Assembly: GCA_040954595.2 (NCBI GenBank)
Contig: JBECUI020000044.1
Coordinates: 24,070-88,069, forward strand
From: Balanoglossus misakiensis
Taxonomy: Eukaryota; Animalia; Hemichordata
Length of the DNA stretch: 64,000 nt
Direction of reading: 5' to 3'
The position numbers and the translations under genes are program-made. Below the pieces are notes generated by a model. The model was not told the origin of the DNA. It did not search any database and saw only the letters and a list, made by a program, of their open reading frames with translations. Positions 58,679 through 64,000 of the stretch are shown one piece after another (the stretch's first letter is position 1; each line of letters starts with the position of its first letter).

Positions 58679-58926
58679 AATAATCCTCCTTACGCATGGG
58701 TACCTTAATGTCTTTTGGAAAGACCATTCTACCATATCATGGCGTATCCAAACAAAGGCAAAGGTAGAGGTGTTATTAGGAGCATTCCATATAAACTATG
58801 CCTCAAGAGTGAATCAAAGACAAAGATAGGCCATTAAAACCTTATTAGAATCAACGTATTGGGCAAAAACGTCAGCGAATCCGGCTTAATTTATTGCAAT
58901 CTAAAGCAAATAAAACTTAAGTATTT

Positions 58927-60025
58927 CTAATATACTATATCGATTATTCCTCCACCCAAACAAACATCTCCTTCATAAAAAACAATGGATTGGCCGGGGG
59001 TAAGGGCTCGTTGAGAGGATGCAAAACGGACATTACAGCAATCATTTTCTAATATCTCTATGGTACAGGCCTGATCGGGTTGCCTGTAACGGTTTTTTGC
59101 ATAGCACTGAAACGGAGACATAGGCTTCCCCTCCCCCTATCCAGTGAACATTAGATGCCTTTAAGGCGTTGCTGTGAAGAAGAGGATGATCATGATCTTG
59201 TGCTACAACCAATTTATTTTGCTTAATATCTTTTTTTACGACATACCAAGGCGCATCATTCGCACTCTTAACGCCGCCTACCCCCAAGCCTTCTCGCTGT
59301 CCGAGAGTATAGTAACAGACACCTTTATGTTGACCAATGACGAGACCCTTTGTTGTAGCGATAGGCCCCGGATTAGGAGGAATATAGCGACTGAGAAACT
59401 GACGAAAGGGTTGTTTACCGATAAAACAAATCCCTGTGCTATCCTTTTTGTCGTGAGTTACCAGCCTGGCCTGCTTGGCACGTGCCCTGATTTCACTTTT
59501 CTGCAATCCGCCAATCGGAAATAGGATATTTTGTAATTGCGCTTGACCTAAGCGGTATAGAAAATAGCTTTGGTCTTTTTTTTTATCCTGTCCTTTTAAT
59601 AACTGCAAGAATTCACCTTTCTTGCGGATACACGCATAATGTCCAGTGGCAATTTTGTCTGCCCCTTTACTCTTTGCGTAGTCTAGAAAGACCCTAAATT
59701 TTATCTCTTGATTACATAATATATCGGGGTTTGGGGTGTGCCCTTGCTCATATTCATGCAAGACCTTCTTGAATACCTTATTCCAATAATCAGCAGAGAA
59801 ATCGACCGTGTTAAATGGGATATTAAGTTGGTCGCACACCAGCATGGCATCTTCAACATCCTCGCCCCATACGCAATTGCCCTGCATCGACGTGTCATGC
59901 CAGTTTTTCATAAACAGGGCCTCAACGTTGTATCCTTGTTCCTTCATCAGCATAGCAGTCACAGAGGAATCAACGCCTCCCGAAAGACCAATAATAATTT
60001 TAGATGAAGTTGAACCAGTGCACAT
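58927..60025 (-). CDS. mnmA: tRNA 2-thiouridylase (frameshift near 59130)
   Basis: Motifs [34 protein letters not shown] and TPGQS. Confidence 0.95.
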
Positions 60026-60091
60026 ATTAGATAACAGCGAGATTACCTGCGGCTGCCTGCGTAGCAGGTAGGCGTTAGACGCATCATTATG

Positions 60092-60580
60092 TTAGCTCTG
60101 CTTATCTTGGTAGACGACCCTGCCGTTTTTACTCACCCAACTCTCCGAAAAACCGACATGGGATATTGCATTCCTACTCCTGTCGAGCTGTCCAGTGGCT
60201 TCCTTAACCATGATTTTTGGTTCGATTTCATATATTGTCTTTACTGTAATTTGATCGTTTTTACATAGTAAATTTTTGAATTTCTCCAAATGCGGTTTAG
60301 CGACTCTTCCCTTTTATCTGTAGGATCCTGGAACATTCTGCCGAGTTGTCTCGTGCCACCCTCTTTACAGGACAGATACTCATGCACAACTGACGGATTA
60401 TTTGGATCATGCGCATCGCATCCCTCTTTGCTGTAATTAATTCGTGCCCTAAAATGTCGGCAATTATCATCTCCTTGACCAGCCCCGGTTGAAGCAAATT
60501 ATGAATACCAATAGACCGAGTCAATTTAGTTGCTTGGATGACCATGTCTATAAATACTCTTGTATTATGTTACGCGCCAT
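60092..60580 (-). pseudogene. Disrupted PvuII-like type II restriction endonuclease
   Basis: Stitched reading GIHNLLQPGLVKEMII..ILGHEL...RDADAHD...EYLSCK...TIYEIEP...WVSKNGRVVY parallels PvuII from memory. It has three frame breaks and overlaps the MTase stop. Confidence 0.6.
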
Positions 60581-61379
60581 AAGGAAAACGAATTGTCATT
60601 TGCCCCTGTTCCAGAAGACCAAGTCTTTCATTAGCGACCTTGACAAAATCAGGGCGCATTTCAAATGCCAGAAAATTCCTTCCGTGCTTTTTGCACACAA
60701 CAGGACAAGTCCCAATACCTGCAAATGGATCTAACACCATATCACCGGGATTTGAACTGGCGAGAACTAGCCTTTCAACTAACTTTTCAGGTTTTTGGAT
60801 GGTGTTTAGCGCTTTTCGCGAAACCAATTCTTTGGATTTATAGGTGAGCTGTTTGATATCACCCCAGACATCGCCAGGATTCTTCCCTTTTTTGTTAAAC
60901 CTTGTTTTGCCGTATTGCCCATTTGTAACGGATGGGACATTCTCACAGCGTCTGCGGTGTTCTAGTTCAACTAGTTGTGGCACTCGAATGTCATTAAGGT
61001 TATAGCAGCGAGGTTTCTTTCCTTTTATGAAGTAGGCAATGATATCGTAATTGTTTGTGTAGCTCAACCGCCCTTGGGCAAGCCTGCTGGGTTGATACCA
61101 AACGATTTTTGATCTGAGATTAAGGTAAGGTCTGTAATCAATAAAATCAAGGCAGTCAGGCTTGCCAAAAAGATAAAGTGCCCCGCCTTCCTTTAACTTT
61201 ACTGAAAATCTCTTAATAAGACCGAGATTGAACTCTTGAATAGACGAGATCCGATCCCAATCATTTTGAGTAACGCCATAGGGGCCATCGCAAATGATAA
61301 GATCTATGGATCTGCCCCCGACTTTTTTTAGAAAACCAAAGGAGTCTCCGCAGTAGATCTTGTTTTGCTCTAGCACCAT
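60570..61379 (-). CDS. Beta-class DNA amino-methyltransferase (N4-C/N6-A)
   Basis: IYCGDS, catalytic motif IV as DGPY, NPGDVW, QKPEKL and SAM-binding motif I VLDPFAGIGT in the C-terminal part. Confidence 0.9.
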   Translation of the reverse strand: MVLEQNKIYCGDSFGFLKKVGGRSIDLIICDGPYGVTQNDWDRISSIQEFNLGLIKRFSVKLKEGGALYLFGKPDCLDFIDYRPYLNLRSKIVWYQPSRLAQGRLSYTNNYDIIAYFIKGKKPRCYNLNDIRVPQLVELEHRRRCENVPSVTNGQYGKTRFNKKGKNPGDVWGDIKQLTYKSKELVSRKALNTIQKPEKLVERLVLASSNPGDMVLDPFAGIGTCPVVCKKHGRNFLAFEMRPDFVKVANERLGLLEQGQMTIRFPYGA

Positions 61380-61452
61380 ATTTTATTCTTTTGGACCAGC
61401 ATATAGCGAGATTACTCCTAAATACGCTATCCATCAGAGTTAAAGCGCAAGG

Positions 61453-61725
61453 TTATCTCCGTCGACGATCCTTGCCGCTTTTTCCGCGGGTTTTCTCAAA
61501 ACTTACCCTGAGAGATTTGCCCTCAAATACCTTTCCGTTAAGCGCAGCAATGGCTGCCCTCGCTTCATGCCCTTCCATTTCTATGAAACCAAACCCTTTA
61601 CATTTTCTAGAAAAAATATCTTGGATAAGGTGGATAGATCGTACAGTGCCAAATTCGGAAAATAACTCAGTAACAATATGCTCTGTTGCACTATCAGGCA
61701 AGTTTCCGACAAATATCTTTTTCAT
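61453..61725 (-). CDS. RRM-domain RNA-binding protein
   Basis: RNP2 IFVGNL, RNP1 KGFGFIEM and a basic C-terminal tail. Confidence 0.93.
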   Translation of the reverse strand: MKKIFVGNLPDSATEHIVTELFSEFGTVRSIHLIQDIFSRKCKGFGFIEMEGHEARAAIAALNGKVFEGKSLRVSFEKTRGKSGKDRRRR

Positions 61726-62081
61726 TAGTTCAGCATCCTATGTAAAATAAAGTATCTTTTGTACTGGATTAGTTAAAAACCTTGTAATAACACCGAAGTC
61801 ACAAAGGTTATTTTTTATAAATGCGATGAATCTTTGTTATTCTATTGGCATAGAAGATTACGAAGCCACAAAGACGCGTCCGGATCTAATAAATAGAGCA
61901 CTCTGTATTTGCTTCAGATCTCGGATTGCTATCGTATATTGGGGGCATCATAACACATTTACAATTTCAGACATAGAAGGCAAATATAAAAATGCCAGCA
62001 GTTTGTTATGGTGAGCAGACCGTAAAGATTGCCATTTGTTTCACATTGATTGTCTATTAATTTCTTTTCTTTCAAAATAAT

Positions 62082-64000
62082 ATGCCATTAACTAATCCCG
62101 CACTTGATTTGCAGTCTATTGATTCTCTTTCAGAATCTTATGCCCAAGAAGTTGTTGAGCTACTAACCGTCCAGCTTTCTGAAGTTATTCGGCATAGAGA
62201 TAGCAAGATACTTCCTTACTTCCATAGAAAAAAAACTATTCCTTATGGCGATAGAGCGCTACTCTTAGGCGTATTACAGGCATGGGGCATTTGGTTTCAT
62301 CTATTGAATATAGCCGAAGAGAATACAGACATGCGCCGCCGCCGCATTCTTGAAAAAGAGTATGGCCTAGATAAGGTTTCGGGCAGTTTTGCTAATGTAT
62401 TTACACAGGCGAAAGCCGAAAATATAAGTACAGATGAGATACAACGTCTTTTGAATACGATTCAAGTGCGACCGACGATTACGGCGCATCCAACAGAGGC
62501 AAAACGCATTACTGTACTTGAAATACATCGCAGGATATATGTATTGCTTTATAGAATGGAGTCCGCACGTTGGACTATGCGTGAGCGCAAAAAGTTTATT
62601 AACGCATTGCGCAATGAAATTGACCTGCTTTGGTTGACAGGTGAATTGAGGCTGGAAAAACCTTCAGTAAAACAAGAAATTGCATGGGGACTGCATTTTT
62701 TTGAACAAACCTTGTTCGGGTGTGTCTCTACAATACACGAGAAATTAAAGCAAGCCCTAAATATTAGTTATCCGGACACAAGTTTTGCGATTCCACCTTT
62801 TTTTCAATTTGGTTCATGGATAGGCGGAGACCGTGATGGCAATCCTTCTGTTACTAATGAGGTCACAAAGCACGCCTTATCGGTCAATCGCACTAAAATT
62901 TTGCAGCGTTATATCGAGCACTTGAAAAAATTAACGAGTAGGCTAAGTATTGCCCGTGCCAGCGTTGCCATATCAGATAGCTTTGAACAGAATCTTATTG
63001 AAATGCTAGGGTGTATTGATAATCTCAAATGCGTTACAGACAGAAATCCCGGAGAGGTTTTTCGTCAATTTTTAACTTGCATGCTTATCAAGCTACGTGG
63101 CACCCTAGAAAATGAAAAAGAAGGGCATTTTAGCGGTGTACGCTACATTAATGCCGATGATTTCATTTTGGATTTGCGGAAGTTGTTGCAAGGGCTAATA
63201 GATTCAAATTGTGAGCAGCTTGCCAATTCTACAATTATCCCGCTATTACAAGAAGCGGAGACATTTCGTTTTAGAACTACGCGCCTTGACTTGCGGGAAA
63301 ATACGACCGTAATCAATCATACGCTTTCTTCAATTTGGAAAGCAATGCAGTTTAGTGATTCTCCTCCCGAAACAGACAGTGATATATGGGAGGCGTGGTT
63401 GATGGAAGAAATTGCTAAGCCATTACAGGATTTGCCTTGCTTCTCTAACCTTGATGAACCTGCTACCTCTACCCTTATGTTATTCCAAATGATTGCTGAT
63501 AGAATAGATGCGCTAGACCATGAGGCACTAGGTTGTTTTGTATTGAGTATGACGCGTTCGGTACAAGATATATTAGGAGCGTATCTATTGGTTAAATTGG
63601 GCGGTTTATTTACGGATGATTTAGCAAGCCGCCTGCCCATTGTGCCTTTATTTGAAACGATCGATGACCTTCGGTCTGCCCCCGATATAATGAGAACTTT
63701 GCTGCAGATTCCATTTGTGAAGCGCTCTATTAAAGCCAATGGCGGGATGCAAGAGATTATGCTTGGTTATTCTGATTCAAACAAGGACGGCGGCTATTTT
63801 ACAGCGAATTGGGAATTGGCCATGGCCCAGGTTAAGCTCATTGAGGTTGGCGAAGAACTTGGGGTGCCTATTTCATTTTTTCATGGGCGAGGAGGGTCGG
63901 TTAGCAGGGGCGGTGCGCCTACAGGGCACGCAATTTCTGCACAGCCAGCGGCCTCTATACAAGGCATAATACGCATTACCGAGCAAGGTGAAGCAGTTTC
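62082..64000 (+). CDS. ppc: Phosphoenolpyruvate carboxylase (runs off the window; missing from the ORF track)
   Basis: Manual translation shows LLNIAEE, TAHPTE, GSWIGGDRDGNP, VPLFET, QEIMLGYSDSNKDGG and FFHGRGGSVSRGG. Confidence 0.95.
   Translation, partial: MPLTNPALDLQSIDSLSESYAQEVVELLTVQLSEVIRHRDSKILPYFHRKKTIPYGDRALLLGVLQAWGIWFHLLNIAEENTDMRRRRILEKEYGLDKVSGSFANVFTQAKAENISTDEIQRLLNTIQVRPTITAHPTEAKRITVLEIHRRIYVLLYRMESARWTMRERKKFINALRNEIDLLWLTGELRLEKPSVKQEIAWGLHFFEQTLFGCVSTIHEKLKQALNISYPDTSFAIPPFFQFGSWIGGDRDGNPSVTNEVTKHALSVNRTKILQRYIEHLKKLTSRLSIARASVAISDSFEQNLIEMLGCIDNLKCVTDRNPGEVFRQFLTCMLIKLRGTLENEKEGHFSGVRYINADDFILDLRKLLQGLIDSNCEQLANSTIIPLLQEAETFRFRTTRLDLRENTTVINHTLSSIWKAMQFSDSPPETDSDIWEAWLMEEIAKPLQDLPCFSNLDEPATSTLMLFQMIADRIDALDHEALGCFVLSMTRSVQDILGAYLLVKLGGLFTDDLASRLPIVPLFETIDDLRSAPDIMRTLLQIPFVKRSIKANGGMQEIMLGYSDSNKDGGYFTANWELAMAQVKLIEVGEELGVPISFFHGRGGSVSRGGAPTGHAISAQPAASIQGIIRITEQGEAV

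Noticed and set aside
61826-62014. 62-aa ORF upstream of ppc
   Set aside because: No RBS or recognisable motif; likely a chance ORF in a divergent promoter region.

Overview
Mostly core chromosome of an AT-rich gammaproteobacterium, inferred from gene order: glyA-rib-nusB-thiL, thiSG-trmB, asmA-mutY-yggX, argH-algZR, priA-argS-ftsN, mrcA/pilMNOPQ-aroKB, rnr-rlmB, pyrC-rnt, purB, acnB, mnmA and ppc. Three tRNAs are present (Met-CAT, Gly-CCC, Phe-GAA). Many conserved or essential genes are split by single-base indels, mostly in homopolymers, which looks like unpolished long-read error rather than real decay. Five accessory or unusual elements stand out. (1) The 3' end of a GC-richer giant type-I-secreted adhesin in which a 7-repeat LVIVD-type beta-propeller with hypervariable loops appears inserted into an Ig/cadherin-like domain. 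(2) A candidate cyclic-nucleotide signalling module around tRNA-Gly: a Ser/Thr kinase with a cNMP-binding domain, a stand-alone receiver and an MBL-fold hydrolase. (3) A duplicated 63-bp palindrome-plus-promoter unit between mrcA and pilM. (4) A small restriction-modification locus with a DGPY-motif methyltransferase and a broken PvuII-like endonuclease. (5) An uncharacterised P-loop gene coupled to metA, with short tandem repeats upstream. No CRISPR array, integrase or transposase was seen. All family assignments come from motif recognition by eye, not database searches.
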